A stretch of 64,000 nt of DNA, from contig CAWIIB010000001.1 in assembly GCA_963836075.1 (NCBI GenBank), positions 1,632,001 through 1,696,000 on the forward strand, read 5' to 3'. Of this stretch, positions 18,854 to 30,225 are shown piece after piece (position 1 is the stretch's first letter; every line of letters begins with the position of its first letter). A program made the translations under genes and the position numbers. The notes below the pieces were generated by a model. That model saw only the letters and a list, made by a program, of their open reading frames with translations, did not search any database and was not told the origin of the DNA. Source of the DNA: an uncultured Acidobacteriota bacterium (GTDB taxonomy: Bacteria; Acidobacteriota; JAQAZP01).

Positions 18854-19090
18854 GGGGATACTCCTCTCACCGATTTGCGTTTGCCCGATGATGGCTTCGC
18901 ACCGGCGGGACAGGATTTCAGGTTTGAAAACCGCCACGCTGCTGTTGGCCACTATCGGGTGTAATCGGAACAGCCGTCCTCATCACGGCAATAAGGGGTT
19001 GTCGCTCCCGGTTCATGCCAACGGAACAGGGGCGACAGGGAAACTTCGACGCAAGCCAACCCGGTGTTCAGACCGGTACGTATAAGTATA
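18854..19090 (-). promoter_or_regulatory. Conserved structured 5' leader (copy 2)
   Basis: Stem 18870..18968 and hairpin 19000..19037 match copy 1. Confidence 0.45.
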
Positions 19091-19382
19091 GAGACTAAAC
19101 AGGTCAATTGTCACCAACAATTTTCAGTAGATTATCCATGGGACTGGCCTTATTTTCGTAATTTCTCAATCCACCCGATGGGGTCGGGGGCAGATCGACC
19201 CGCCGGACGTTCACTTCAATTCTCTGCCGGCCAGGAAATTCTTTGCTTGCCAACAAAGATGAGATTGCCTAATATTAAGTGTAACCGGGTTTACCCGGGA
19301 ACGGTTTTTGAGGCCATCCCGTAAACCAAGCACTGCGGTATTGTCCGCACTTTGAAACAAAACAACGAAAGGGTTCAACACC

Positions 19383-19973
19383 ATGAGAATCAGGATGCTG
19401 TTCAGCCTGATGGTCCTGCTCACCGCATTTTCCACCATCGTCCCCGCCGGCATGCCGGAGGTCCCGCCCACACCCGCAGCGGTGGACGGAATCCTGCTGG
19501 CCCAATCGTTCACCCTCGATGAGCCGTACCAGTTCGCCTGGCAGGCGGAGCAGCCCATGGTCTCCTCGGGCATGATCCTGGTCCTGGAGGTCAACCCGGA
19601 CCTGGTGGTACCGCGGCAAACGCTGGAGCCGGTACTCTACGTGGGCAACGTCACGGCCGAGCGCGTCAACACCGGTTACCCGTCGGGCAAGGTGGTGGCC
19701 ATCGTGCCGGGTTCCGTCGATCTGTCGTCGGCAACCATCTGGTTTGGCGACCCCGCACTTCCCGAGCAGGTCACCTCGGAAATCATCAGCAACCAGCTGG
19801 CCAGCGCCACGGAAGCGGGGATCCGGCCCTTCACGTCGGGAGCCGCCGGCGATGCGCTGAAGTTAGCCGATTACGATGCCCTGCGCCGGCACGCTGCCGA
19901 GCTGATTCAGCAGTACGCCGCCGGTGAAGAAGATCTGGCTGCGGGCATCCTTGCCCCCCGGGTGCAGAAGTAG
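19383..19973 (+). CDS. Secreted hypothetical protein (196 aa)
   Basis: Signal peptide MRIRMLFSLMVLLTAFSTIVPA and host-like codon usage. Divergent from the hydrolase pair. Confidence 0.75.
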   Translation: MRIRMLFSLMVLLTAFSTIVPAGMPEVPPTPAAVDGILLAQSFTLDEPYQFAWQAEQPMVSSGMILVLEVNPDLVVPRQTLEPVLYVGNVTAERVNTGYPSGKVVAIVPGSVDLSSATIWFGDPALPEQVTSEIISNQLASATEAGIRPFTSGAAGDALKLADYDALRRHAAELIQQYAAGEEDLAAGILAPRVQK

Positions 19974-20388
19974 TGCCATAAAAAATCATCCTGCCCTCGC
20001 GGGCAGGCCACAACCCCGTCCTCCCTCTCCACCCTGACGGACGGCAGTGGTTGATCTGTGCCTCCCGGTTCGTGCGGCGCATCACCGGTGCGCCGCACGA
20101 ACATGTCATCACCCCCAATCCGCCACTGGAGCGGCGGCCACAAATCCTGCCACGCCAATGAGTCCACTCGCGCGCCCAGCAGACAACTGACACGCACTAA
20201 ACATATAATCAACATAGACTTAGATGAGACACCACAGTCCGATCTTCGCCGCCGGTTTCATTGACAGAACAACAGTCCTCGGCTATTGTCCCAAGCGTCC
20301 GCACGTCAATTGAAGTCAGTGGAAATCGATGGAATTGTTTCGGTCGCAGATTGTTTTATCGTAAAATCGAAAATGGGGCTCCGGATTC

Positions 20389-21885
20389 ATGCCCGATTCA
20401 AAAATCCCCCAGCAGGGAACTGCTCTGCCGGACAGCCATTTCAGATTGCTGGAGTACATCCCCGACGCGGTGGTGGTTCACGACATGGGTTTCAAAATCC
20501 AGTATGTGAACCGGGCCGCGGAAAAACTCTACGGATGGACGTCCGGCGAGATGGTTGGCCGGCTTCTACTGGATCTCATTCCCCTCGAAGTTCTCCGTGG
20601 CAGACGCAGCGATATTGCTGCTGAAATCCATGAAAAGGGCCGCTGGCACGGCGAAGTGATTCAGACCAGGAAAGACGGGGGAAGGATCAGGGTCCTGGCC
20701 ACCGTGTCTGCCGTCAAGGATGAGCACGGAAAAACTGTCGGGCGCATCGGTGTGAACCGGGACCTGACCGGGCATGAGAAGGTTGAAACCCGGGATGCGA
20801 TCCCCGGAGAGCTGCAGCGTGAGAAGGCGAAGAAGCCGACGGAACAGGATCGTCTGTTCAACCTGTCCCAGGACCTGATCTGTATTGCCAACCTGGACGG
20901 ATACTTCACCTATATCAACCCGGCCCTGGAACAGGCCACGGGGTATTCACATCAGAAACTGCAGGAAAACCCCATCGTGACTTTCGTTCACCCCGATGAC
21001 CGGGAAAAAACGGCAGCGGAATTAGACAAACTGGCCTCCGGCCAGGTGACGGTGGACTTTGAGAACCGCTACCTGCACGCGGACGGCTCCGTCCGCCACA
21101 TCTCCTGGGTTGCGACACCGCTCGTCGAGGAAGGGCAGATCTACAGCATCGGCCGTGACATCACACGGCAGAAAGAGGCCGCGGAACAGATCGAGGATTA
21201 CCAACTGAAGCTGCGAGCGCTGGCGTCGGAACTGACCCTGGCCGAAGAAAACGAAAGGCGCCGCATCGCCTCGGACCTCCACGACCACATCGGCCATTCA
21301 CTGGCCCTGGCCCGCATCCAGTTGGGCAAAATACTGGAATCGGGGTCGGACACCGAAAAGACCGTCCTGGTGAACGACATCTCCAACATCCTGCTCGAGG
21401 CGCTGCAGGAAACGAAGAACCTCATTTTTGATCTGAGTTCACCCACGATGAACGAACTGGGGATCGCCGCGGCCATCTCCGACTGGCTGGAGGAATTTAT
21501 CGAGCGGCGGCACGGGCTGAAGACGATTCTGATCGATCGGAGCGACGACAAGCCGGAAGACCACGGGCTGCGTGCCATTCTCTTTCGCAACACACGGGAA
21601 CTGCTGACCAACGTGGTCAAGCATGCCCGGGCTCAAAACGTTCAAGTGGTCATCGAAAACGGCCCTGACGCATTCCGTATCTCCGTGGCAGATGACGGAA
21701 TCGGCTGCGATGACGATCACAGTTCGCGCATGGGCAAAAAAGAGAGCGGCTTCGGGCTGTTCAGCATCAGGGAGCGGCTGGCCGATTTCGGCGGAGAGCT
21801 GCATATCAGGTCCGAACCGGGAGAAGGCTGCGAAGCGATCATGACCATCCCTGCCGAAAGTATGATATCCGGAGGCACGGTATGA
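20389..21885 (+). CDS. Cytoplasmic PAS-PAS sensor histidine kinase (HisKA_3/NarX type)
   Basis: Two PAS/PAC domains, H-box EENERRRIASDLHDHIGHSL, N-box ELLTNVVKHA, DDGIG and GFGLFSIRER. No TM segment. Confidence 0.92.
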   Translation: MPDSKIPQQGTALPDSHFRLLEYIPDAVVVHDMGFKIQYVNRAAEKLYGWTSGEMVGRLLLDLIPLEVLRGRRSDIAAEIHEKGRWHGEVIQTRKDGGRIRVLATVSAVKDEHGKTVGRIGVNRDLTGHEKVETRDAIPGELQREKAKKPTEQDRLFNLSQDLICIANLDGYFTYINPALEQATGYSHQKLQENPIVTFVHPDDREKTAAELDKLASGQVTVDFENRYLHADGSVRHISWVATPLVEEGQIYSIGRDITRQKEAAEQIEDYQLKLRALASELTLAEENERRRIASDLHDHIGHSLALARIQLGKILESGSDTEKTVLVNDISNILLEALQETKNLIFDLSSPTMNELGIAAAISDWLEEFIERRHGLKTILIDRSDDKPEDHGLRAILFRNTRELLTNVVKHARAQNVQVVIENGPDAFRISVADDGIGCDDDHSSRMGKKESGFGLFSIRERLADFGGELHIRSEPGEGCEAIMTIPAESMISGGTV

Positions 21886-24800
21886 AAAGAAAAGCGACCG
21901 TGCTGCTGGTGGACAACCACCCGGTTTTTCGCCAGGGAGTGGGAATGCTGTTCGACAAGCAAAAAGACATCAAGGTGGTGGGCGAAGCCAGCGACGGACT
22001 GGTGGCCATCGAGATGGTCCGGAAACTCTCACCGGACCTGGTGGTGATGGACATCAATATGCCGAACCTCGACGGCATCGAGGCCACCAGCAAAATCCTC
22101 GCCGAGTTCCCACAGGTCAAGGTGGTGGCGCTCTCCGTCCATTCCGGCAAGCAGTTCGTCAGGGATATGCTCCAGGCCGGAGCCCACGGCTACATCCTCA
22201 AGGAGAGCGCACTGGAAGAACTGGTGGCGGGAATCCGCACCGTTCTGGCGGGAGAAGTCTATCTGAGCAAGTCGATCTCGAAGCTGGTGATCGCCGACTA
22301 TGGCGAACTGCTCTCCGGAGACAATGATGGTTCCGAAACATCGCCGGACCCGATCCTGAGAACCAAGCTCCACCGTCCGCCCACCACTGCCGATATCATT
22401 CCCCGCATCCGATTGATCGAACAGTTGGAGAAAGGGCGTGACCGGGCGATGACCCTGATCTCCACACCGGCCGGCTATGGCAAGAGTATCCTGGCCAGCC
22501 AGTGGCTGGAGACCAGCCGGCGCCCCGGAGCCTGGGTCTCCCTCGATAAAGGTGACAACGACCCGCGAGAATTCCTGCGCTACCTGCTGGCGTCATTGGA
22601 AGAGGTTACTGCCGGGCTGAACTGGCAGTCGAAACCCCTGCTCAAAGCGGCCGACCTGCCACAAGCCCGAGTGCTGGCCCGCTACCTGCTGAACGACCTC
22701 GACCAGGTGACAGAGCCGCTGTTCCTGGTTCTCGATGACTATCACCTGATAAAGGAACAGAAGATCCACGATCTGCTGGCTGAATTGCTGCGCTACCCAT
22801 CGCCCAATTTGCACCTGGTGCTGCTCACCAGACGCGATCCGCCCCTGCCCCTGGGAACGATCCGGGCCTATGGTCAGTTGACCGAACTGGGCGTCAAAGA
22901 TCTGCGATTCACTCTCGATGAAACCACGGCCTTTCTCGAGCGATCCCTGCACACTTCGGTCGATAAGGATATGGCATCAGCCCTGGACGAAAAGCTGGAG
23001 GGCTGGGTTGCCGCCTTACGTCTGGCATCGATCTCGATGAGCCGGAAGGAAAGCCACGAACGCGTCCTGCAGGAGCTGAACGAGAGCCCCCAACTGGTCC
23101 AGGAGGTACCTGCTCCGGGAAGTCCTCTCGCAGATCCCTCCGGCCCAGTCGCGATATCTGCTGGAGACCTCGCCTCTGGACCGCTTCTGTGCCCCGCTCT
23201 GCACGGCCGTTTCCGCGTCCTCGGCGGACAAGGAGAACGGTGGTGAGCAACTGTCCGGCCAGGCCTTCATCCACTGGCTCGGGGAGACCAACCTGTTCGT
23301 CATCCCGCTGGACGACCGCAACGAGTGGTTCCGTTACCACCACCTGTTTCAGGAACTGCTCAATAACGAGTTGAAACAGGCATTCACGCCGGATGAAATC
23401 AGTGCGATCCACCGCCGTGCCGGTAAATGGTTCGCCGGCCGCCAGCTGATCGACGAGGCGATTCTCCACTATCTGGCCGGCGGGGATGAGGCTTCCGCCC
23501 TCAAGCTGGTGGAGCAGTCCCGCTACGACATCGTCAATGCCGACCGGTGGTTTGTCTTCAAGAAATGGCTCCCCCTGTTTCCCGAGGCCGTTATCCGGCG
23601 GAGACCGGTTCTGCTCATGACCCGGATCTGGATTTATTACCACCAGTTCGACATCGGCAAGATACCGGAGGCCCTCGATGAGGTCGAGGTGCTGCTGGGC
23701 GACGACTCGGCGGATGAATCGATGCACGGTGAGGTCGACTTCTTCCGCGGCTATATCGCCTTTTTCCAGAATGACGGGATAAAGAGCCTGAAATTGCTCG
23801 AACATGCCCAGGCCGTAGTCCCGGAGCAACTCAACGAAATCAGGGGCCAGGTCGAGATTCTCCACGGCCTGGCCAGTCAGATGCAGGGCCTGAAGAAAGA
23901 GGCCATCAAGACGCTGAACCGACTGATCACCAATCCTGATTCGTCGCGAGGTGTGCGAAGAACCCGTCAATTTGTGACGATGGTCTATATCAACATGATT
24001 TCGGGCGACCTGAATGCCGCATGGAAGGCGAACCAACAGCTGTACGAGGTTTCTAAAGCAGGCGGATATTCCTACGCCGAGGCCTGGAGCTTCTACCTCG
24101 AAGGCGTGATCAAATTCTTTCAGTGTGATTTTGAGCAGGCCATCAATGCTTTTGGTCTTGCCGCAAAGCAACGATATGTCCTCCACACACGCGCAACTGT
24201 GGACGCCATGGCAGGGCTCGCTATCGGCAGTCAGGCTGCCGGGCAATCACGCGAGGCCGAAGCGGCAATGGCCCAACTCTGCAACTATGTTGATACCCTT
24301 GACGATCCGGCATATGCCATTCTTGCCCAATCGTGCCAAAACCGGTTGTCGATCCTCCAGGGGAAAGTACCGGATTCAGAAAAGCTGTTACTGCAGGATC
24401 CCCCTCCCGCGGAGAACATGGTCTGGTGGATCGAGATCCCGGCGGTCACCCATTGCCGGGTTCTCCTCGCTAGCGGCACAAAGCACAATCTCGCAGCAGC
24501 CGAAACCGTGCTCCGGGAAGTCCTCCAGCTGAATCGAAATAATCACAACACGCTGCACACGATCGTGGTTCTTACCCTGCTGGCAATGGTCCGCGAGAAG
24601 CAGGGGGACAACCAGGAATCTCTGACGTTGATCGATGAAGCGGCTGCCCTGGCGACACCGGGGAGCATCTTCCAACCCTTCCTGGAGTTGGGCCCACCGA
24701 TGGCCGGTCTGCTGGCACAACTTGATCCCGAGGGGCCGGCAAAGGGTTTCGTCGAGCAGTTGCTGGGCTCTTTCGACAAAATGACAAGTGGCCGGGTTCC

Positions 24801-25068
24801 AGGACTGGCAGAAGACACAATACCCGGGCCGAAAACCGACCCCGCCTCCGAAGAAATCAGAGACCTTCTGACCCGGCGTGAGTCCGAAATCCTGCAGCAT
24901 CTGGCAAAGGGCCTGGGCAACAGGGATATAGCCTCCCTATTGTTTGTTTCATCCGAAACCATAAAAAAACACCTCTACAACATCTACCGGAAACTCGAAG
25001 TCAACTCGCGGGTTTCCGCCATTACCAAAGCCGGAGATCTGGGGCTGGTGAAATCGTCCGATGGTTAG
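21882..25068 (+). CDS. REC-MalT-like STAND NTPase-TPR-LuxR HTH hybrid regulator, split by a +1 frameshift at ~23105
   Basis: NarL-type REC (VVMDINMP), ILRTKLHRP, Walker A PAGYGKS, Walker B LVLDDYH, WFRYHHLF and C-terminal HTH. Removing one G in gag-G-tac restores QEYLLREVLSQIP, collinear with the downstream paralog. Confidence 0.85.
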
Positions 25069-28000
25069 AGCGACGACAATCCTGGTGGACGACCATCCGG
25101 CATTTCGCCAGGGTCTGCGTTCCCTGCTGGGCCAGGAGAAAACCCTCCAGGTGGTGGGGGAAGCCGGCGGCGGCCTGGAGGCTATCGAGCTGGTCCGGAA
25201 ACTCTCACCCGATCTGGTGGTGATGGACATCTCCATGCCGGACCTCGACGGCATCGAAGCCACTCAGCGGATTCTCTCCGAGTTTCCACAGATCAAGGTG
25301 GTGGCCCTCTCCGTCCATTCCGGCAAACGGTTCGTCAGGAGGATGCTTCAGGCCGGGGCCGCGGGTTACATCCTCAAGGAGAGCGCGGGGGAAGAACTGC
25401 TGGAGGGCCTCCGCACCGTGCTGGCGGGTGAGATCTACTTGAGCAAGTCGATCTCGGACCTCGTGATCTCTGATTATGGCAACCTGCTGTCGAAAGCTGA
25501 CGGCGTCATTGAAGAATCGACCAGCCCGATTCTGCGAACCAAGCTCCACAGTCCGCCGGCCACCACCGACATCGTTCCCCGGACACGATTGATCGAACAG
25601 CTGGAGGGCGGACGTGATCGGGTAATGACCCTGATCTCGGCTCCCGCCGGGTATGGCAAGAGTATCCTGGCCAGCCAGTGGCTGGCCGCCAGCCGGCGCC
25701 CCGGTGCCTGGCTGTCGCTGGACGAAAACGACAACGACCAACGGGAGTTCCTGAGATATTTCCTGTCGGCTCTGGATGGCGTTTCCGCAGGGTTGGGCCA
25801 GCAGTCGAAATCCCTGCTCTATGCAGCCGAGTTGCCGCCGACGATGGTTCTGGCCCGCTACCTGCTCAACGACGTCGAGCAGGTAAAAGAGCCGCTGATC
25901 CTGGTACTCGACGACTACCACAGAATCAAGGATCAAAATATCCATGACCTGCTGGCCGAGTTGCTGCGATACCCCTCGCCGAATTTGCACCTGGCGCTGC
26001 TCACCCGACGAGACCCGCCCCTGCCCCTGGGAAAACTCCGGGCCCAGGGTCAGCTGACCGAACTGGCGGTACAACAGCTGCGATTCACCCTCGATGAAAC
26101 CACGGCCTTTCTCGAACGAATTCTCCACACCACGGTGGATGAAGAAACGGCATCGGCCCTGGACAAAAAGCTGGAGGGCTGGGTCACCGGTTTGCGTCTG
26201 GCCGCGATTTCAATGGGCCGTAAGGAAAACCGGGAACGCGTTCTGCAGGAGTTGCTGGAGAGTTCCCACCTGGCGAGCGAGTATCTGGTCCGGGAGGTAC
26301 TATCCCAGATCCCTCCCTCCCATTCACGTTCCCTGATGGAGATCTCGATCCTGAACCGCTTCTGCGCTTCGCTCTGTGACGCAGTGTCCGAATCGTCCGC
26401 AACAGATACGGACGGGGGAAAACGACTGACCGGTCGGGCCTTTGTCGACTGGCTGGAGAAAACCCACCTGTTCGTGATTCCACTGGATGACCGAAGTACA
26501 TGGTACCGCTTCCACCACCTGTTTCAGGACCTCCTGCAGGTGGAATTGAAGCGGGCAAGGTCCGAGAAGGAAATCAGGGCCATTCATGTACGGGCCAGCC
26601 AGTGGTTCGAAGGCGAGGGGCTGGTCGACGAAGCATTGAAACACGCTCATTCCGCAGAGGATATCAAGCGGGTGGTCCATATCGTCGAGAAGAACAGACA
26701 ATCCGCACTCAACACCGATCAAATGTATGTTCTCGCGAATTGGCTGTCGCGAATACCGGAATCAGTGGTGTTTCAGAGCGCCGAGCTACTGTTGGCACGA
26801 GCCTGGGTCTGTCAGCACCAGTATCGCCTGGTAGAAATCGAGCAGATTCTCGACCAGGTCTACTCCCTGCTGCGGAAAGACGGGGGCCACCAGCATCAGC
26901 ATGCCGAGGTGTCGTTTTTCAGGGGGTGCCTGCAGTTCTTCCACGGAGATGGCGCAGGCAGTTTGAAGTATCTCAAAGAAGCCTTGGAGTGGATTCCGAT
27001 TTCATTTTACGAAGTACGGGCCGAGTCCGAAGTCTACTATTCTCTGGCCTGTCAGATGGAGGGACAGAAGGATCGAGCCATTGACATGCTGGACCATCAG
27101 CTAAAAGCCAATCCGCTGTCCGTGGATCTGAGGAAAACCCGCCTGCTTGCCGCAGCGGTATACGTAAACTTTGTCTCTGGCGACCTGGCGGAGGCCAAAT
27201 CCTGCAATCTCCAGTTCCGGCAGTTTGTGGAGAGGGGATATTTCCCATACGCCGAAGTGTGGTGCGACTATCTTCAGGGCCTGATCAACCTTCAGACAAA
27301 TGAACTCGACACGGCCATCGAGTTCCTGGAGCGATCCGTCGAACAACGGTTCGTGGCCCACAGAAGGGCCGCGGTGGACTCGCTGGTCGGTCTGATGCTG
27401 GCAAGTGCGGCTGCGGGTCAACGGGACAAGTCCAGCATTGCACTGCAGCAACTCCATAAATACACAGCATCATTGAATGATCCGGCCTGCCTGGCCATAG
27501 CCGATTCCGGCGAGGCACGGCTGGCCATTCTGCAGGGACAACCGGAACATGCCGCCAACTGGCTCGAGAAAACCTCGATCCCTCCTCCGGAGGTGATGCT
27601 CTGGTGGCAGGAGGTCCCCTGCCTTACCTGGTGCCGAGTATCAATTGCAGAAGGGACAGCCGGCCGCCTCCGCGAAGCGGAGAAGCAGTTGAAAAATCAT
27701 GCCGCGATGGCCGAGGCCCATCACAATATCACTCAGTCGATCACTATCCTGACTCTGCTGGCGGTCACGCTGGAGAAGCAGGGTAAGACGAAGAAAGCGC
27801 TGACTTTTCTCGAACGGGCCGTGATGCTGGCTCAACCGGGCAGCATCATCTTCCCCTTCCTGGAACTGGGGCTGCCGATGGCCGAACTGCTTGACCAGGT
27901 GGATGCCGAGGGCCCGGTGCGTGAATTCGTCGACCACCTGTTGGCCACGTTCAGCGAGCCGACGCCGGTGCCGGCCCGAAAAGCGGTGAGGGATTCTGAC

Positions 28001-28243
28001 CTTGACGCGGAAACCGGCAATTCTCCGGCAGCGGCGAAGAGTCTAATGACTCTTCGCGAACTGGAGATCCTGCCATTTCTGGGTGAGGGGTTGAGCAACA
28101 GGGAGATTTCGGAGAGGATCCAGGTCACCCCCGAGACGGTCAAGAAACACCTGAAGAACATCTTCCAAAAACTCGGCGTGGGAAGCCGGGCCCGCGCCGT
28201 GGTCAAGGCCCGGTCGCTGGGGATCCTGCCTGAAGACCATTGA
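25061..28243 (+). CDS. REC-MalT-like STAND NTPase-TPR-LuxR HTH hybrid regulator (1060 aa)
   Basis: LVDDH/VVMDISMP REC, PAGYGKS, LVLDDYH, WYRFHHLF and LRELEIL...ETVKKHLKNIFQKL HTH. Confidence 0.92.
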   Translation: MVRATTILVDDHPAFRQGLRSLLGQEKTLQVVGEAGGGLEAIELVRKLSPDLVVMDISMPDLDGIEATQRILSEFPQIKVVALSVHSGKRFVRRMLQAGAAGYILKESAGEELLEGLRTVLAGEIYLSKSISDLVISDYGNLLSKADGVIEESTSPILRTKLHSPPATTDIVPRTRLIEQLEGGRDRVMTLISAPAGYGKSILASQWLAASRRPGAWLSLDENDNDQREFLRYFLSALDGVSAGLGQQSKSLLYAAELPPTMVLARYLLNDVEQVKEPLILVLDDYHRIKDQNIHDLLAELLRYPSPNLHLALLTRRDPPLPLGKLRAQGQLTELAVQQLRFTLDETTAFLERILHTTVDEETASALDKKLEGWVTGLRLAAISMGRKENRERVLQELLESSHLASEYLVREVLSQIPPSHSRSLMEISILNRFCASLCDAVSESSATDTDGGKRLTGRAFVDWLEKTHLFVIPLDDRSTWYRFHHLFQDLLQVELKRARSEKEIRAIHVRASQWFEGEGLVDEALKHAHSAEDIKRVVHIVEKNRQSALNTDQMYVLANWLSRIPESVVFQSAELLLARAWVCQHQYRLVEIEQILDQVYSLLRKDGGHQHQHAEVSFFRGCLQFFHGDGAGSLKYLKEALEWIPISFYEVRAESEVYYSLACQMEGQKDRAIDMLDHQLKANPLSVDLRKTRLLAAAVYVNFVSGDLAEAKSCNLQFRQFVERGYFPYAEVWCDYLQGLINLQTNELDTAIEFLERSVEQRFVAHRRAAVDSLVGLMLASAAAGQRDKSSIALQQLHKYTASLNDPACLAIADSGEARLAILQGQPEHAANWLEKTSIPPPEVMLWWQEVPCLTWCRVSIAEGTAGRLREAEKQLKNHAAMAEAHHNITQSITILTLLAVTLEKQGKTKKALTFLERAVMLAQPGSIIFPFLELGLPMAELLDQVDAEGPVREFVDHLLATFSEPTPVPARKAVRDSDLDAETGNSPAAAKSLMTLRELEILPFLGEGLSNREISERIQVTPETVKKHLKNIFQKLGVGSRARAVVKARSLGILPEDH

Positions 28244-28309
28244 GCGGTCCGGCACCGCCCCGCTGATCATCCAAGGGCCACCCCCCGGCTTCCCTCCAGC
28301 TAGCTCGAA

Positions 28310-28855
28310 CTAATCCCGGGCCACTTCGCGGACCACCGATCCGCCGGTGACCATGATCATGCCGACGAAGAAGAGCTTGATGCCGAGCAGGATGCCGATG
28401 GCCCAGGGACCGGCCAGTGGGAACTGCCGCCAGATCATGATGCCGAGCAGGATGGAGACGATCCCGCCGAAGACCATGAAGCCCCAGCCGGACACCGGTT
28501 TCAGCTGGAACCCGCCGATGATCTCGAAAATACCGTCCACCAGGAAGTAGATCGCCAGCATGATGGTCAGGACACCGGCGGCGAAGAGTGGCTTCGCCAC
28601 CAGGGCGATACCGCAGATCAGGGTCAGGGCACCGATGGCGAACATCAGCAGTCCCCTGCCGAAGCTGCCCGCCTGGAAGGCCCAGATCATCCGGACGATG
28701 CCGGCGAGCACCACCAGTATGCCCACGGCCATGGCCACCGACATCCCGGTCAACCCAGGCGCCAGCATGGCAAGGATTCCCAGAATGATGGTGATGACCC
28801 CGAAAATGGTCATATTCCGGCCACCGGCCCTGGCTTCAGCATTGAGCTCGTTCAT
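28310..28855 (-). CDS. HdeD/DUF308 family membrane protein
   Basis: ATG 28855 with GAGGAG RBS. About six Gly-rich TM segments and a GWGFMVFGGIVSILLG...WAIGILLGI pattern. Confidence 0.8.
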   Translation of the reverse strand: MNELNAEARAGGRNMTIFGVITIILGILAMLAPGLTGMSVAMAVGILVVLAGIVRMIWAFQAGSFGRGLLMFAIGALTLICGIALVAKPLFAAGVLTIMLAIYFLVDGIFEIIGGFQLKPVSGWGFMVFGGIVSILLGIMIWRQFPLAGPWAIGILLGIKLFFVGMIMVTGGSVVREVARD

Positions 28856-28984
28856 GGCTTTCTCCTCTGGTTTGAAATTAGTCTCACGACCCTGTGTCGA
28901 CTCACCCCATGAAACGGTCAGATTCATGGCCCAGGCAATGGTGGAACCGAAGAGCTGGAACAAACTGCTGCCAGGATTACCCAC

Positions 28985-29042
28985 AATCTAATCTATTCAG
29001 CGTGTGGATGTAAATCACCCGTACGTAGCAAACCGGGTGGTA
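28985..29042 (-). promoter_or_regulatory. TACCAC-box promoter (copy D)
   Basis: Minus strand TACCACCCGGTTTGCTACGTACGGGTGATTTAC, then TTTACA-N18-TAGATT. Confidence 0.7.
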
Positions 29043-29146
29043 TTTGTGCTGCTACCCCGAACGGGGCATCTATTGACGTGAGGAATGTTCAGAGAAGAAC
29101 AGGGCGGGATCAGGGGTTGAGAAAAGGACAGGAACCGAAGAGCAAG

Positions 29147-29199
29147 AAAAAACCGGATCGACTGAATGCTGCGCAATGGCAACCGTTCAGCCGATCCGG
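29147..29199 (-). terminator. Rho-independent terminator for the beta-barrel gene
   Basis: CCGGATCG-A-CTGAA...TTCAG-C-CGATCCGG stem with a T6 tract on the minus strand. Confidence 0.6.
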
Positions 29200-29219
29200 C
29201 AAGAAAGGCTATCTACTGC

Positions 29220-29783
29220 CTAGAAGCGATACGCCACACCGGCGCTCAGGCCGAGGCCGTTCATGCTGAGGTCAAACGTGTCGAGCCCGGATAAGAGACC
29301 AGGTTCCACATTGCCTTCAATCACGCGATACATGACATCGGCCCAGAAGGACCAGGGCGCACCCGGCTCACCGGACTGATAACCCAGGTCCGCATACCAG
29401 CCCCAGGCGTCATCCATCCGGCCGTTGTTCACGTCGAGAAACGCGTAGGTCAGGCCGACGCCAAACCACATGTTCCGGTTTTCCATGAAGTGGTAGTTCA
29501 CACCCACGTCAACCGGCAGAGCCATGACATCGTAATCATGATACCCTTCCGGCACGGAGCCCGTGTCGAAGCCCAGGTCACCCATGTAGGTCAGACGAGC
29601 CATGATGCCCCACGGCGATTCACCCATCAGCCAGTCGGCATTGAGGCCGCCGCCGAATGAACTCTCGGTGTCGGAACCGTCGTAATAGGTAAGGAACAAC
29701 GCATAGTTGGACTCGGCCGCTGCGGGCAGGGTCACACAGGCACACATCAGAATCGCGATCATCAGAATACCAATTCTCTTCAT
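29220..29783 (-). CDS. Small outer-membrane beta-barrel protein (OmpW/OmpA-like)
   Basis: Signal peptide ending AAA, alternating amphipathic strands and C-terminal GVAYRF beta-signal. Confidence 0.8.
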   Translation of the reverse strand: MKRIGILMIAILMCACVTLPAAAESNYALFLTYYDGSDTESSFGGGLNADWLMGESPWGIMARLTYMGDLGFDTGSVPEGYHDYDVMALPVDVGVNYHFMENRNMWFGVGLTYAFLDVNNGRMDDAWGWYADLGYQSGEPGAPWSFWADVMYRVIEGNVEPGLLSGLDTFDLSMNGLGLSAGVAYRF

Positions 29784-30055
29784 CTTCCAATCCTCCTCAC
29801 TGTTCGTTTCATCGCATCATCCGGCAGTGCCGGCTCCATTGATTCCCGATGCGATATGTTACCGATAAACTGAACATGACCCAGGATCTATCTAAAAAGT
29901 TCCTTTCACCCCACAGGCTAATGACAGGATCCTTCCACCTCCTTTCAAAAGCGGGTCAACAGGCTCACCGCTGACCCGTATCTTCCAGGATTTTGAAAAG
30001 AACAATGATCAAGTGATTTATGTCGCGCATATAAATATACTATTTTGCCTCTGTT

Positions 30056-30088
30056 GTAAACTCCCCAAAAGTGGTATATCCAGTGGTA
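30056..30088 (-). promoter_or_regulatory. TACCAC-box promoter (copy E)
   Basis: Minus strand TACCACTGGATATACCACTTTTGGGGAGTTTAC, between the barrel gene and the divergent MalT-like gene. Confidence 0.7.
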
Positions 30089-30225
30089 TTTGAAGGGGGA
30101 AGCGCCATGCCACATTGCATCTTTCTCCCGAAAGACATTAAGCTAACCACCGATTGTAACGATTTCCACGCCCCAGCAATCGGAATCGCCAGCGGCTCAC
30201 GGTCAACCGACAGAAAACAACAGGG

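Noticed and set aside
23100-23110. Programmed ribosomal frameshift in the REC-MalT gene
   Set aside because: No slippery heptamer, the paralog is uninterrupted, and the same extra-G pattern occurs in unrelated genes.
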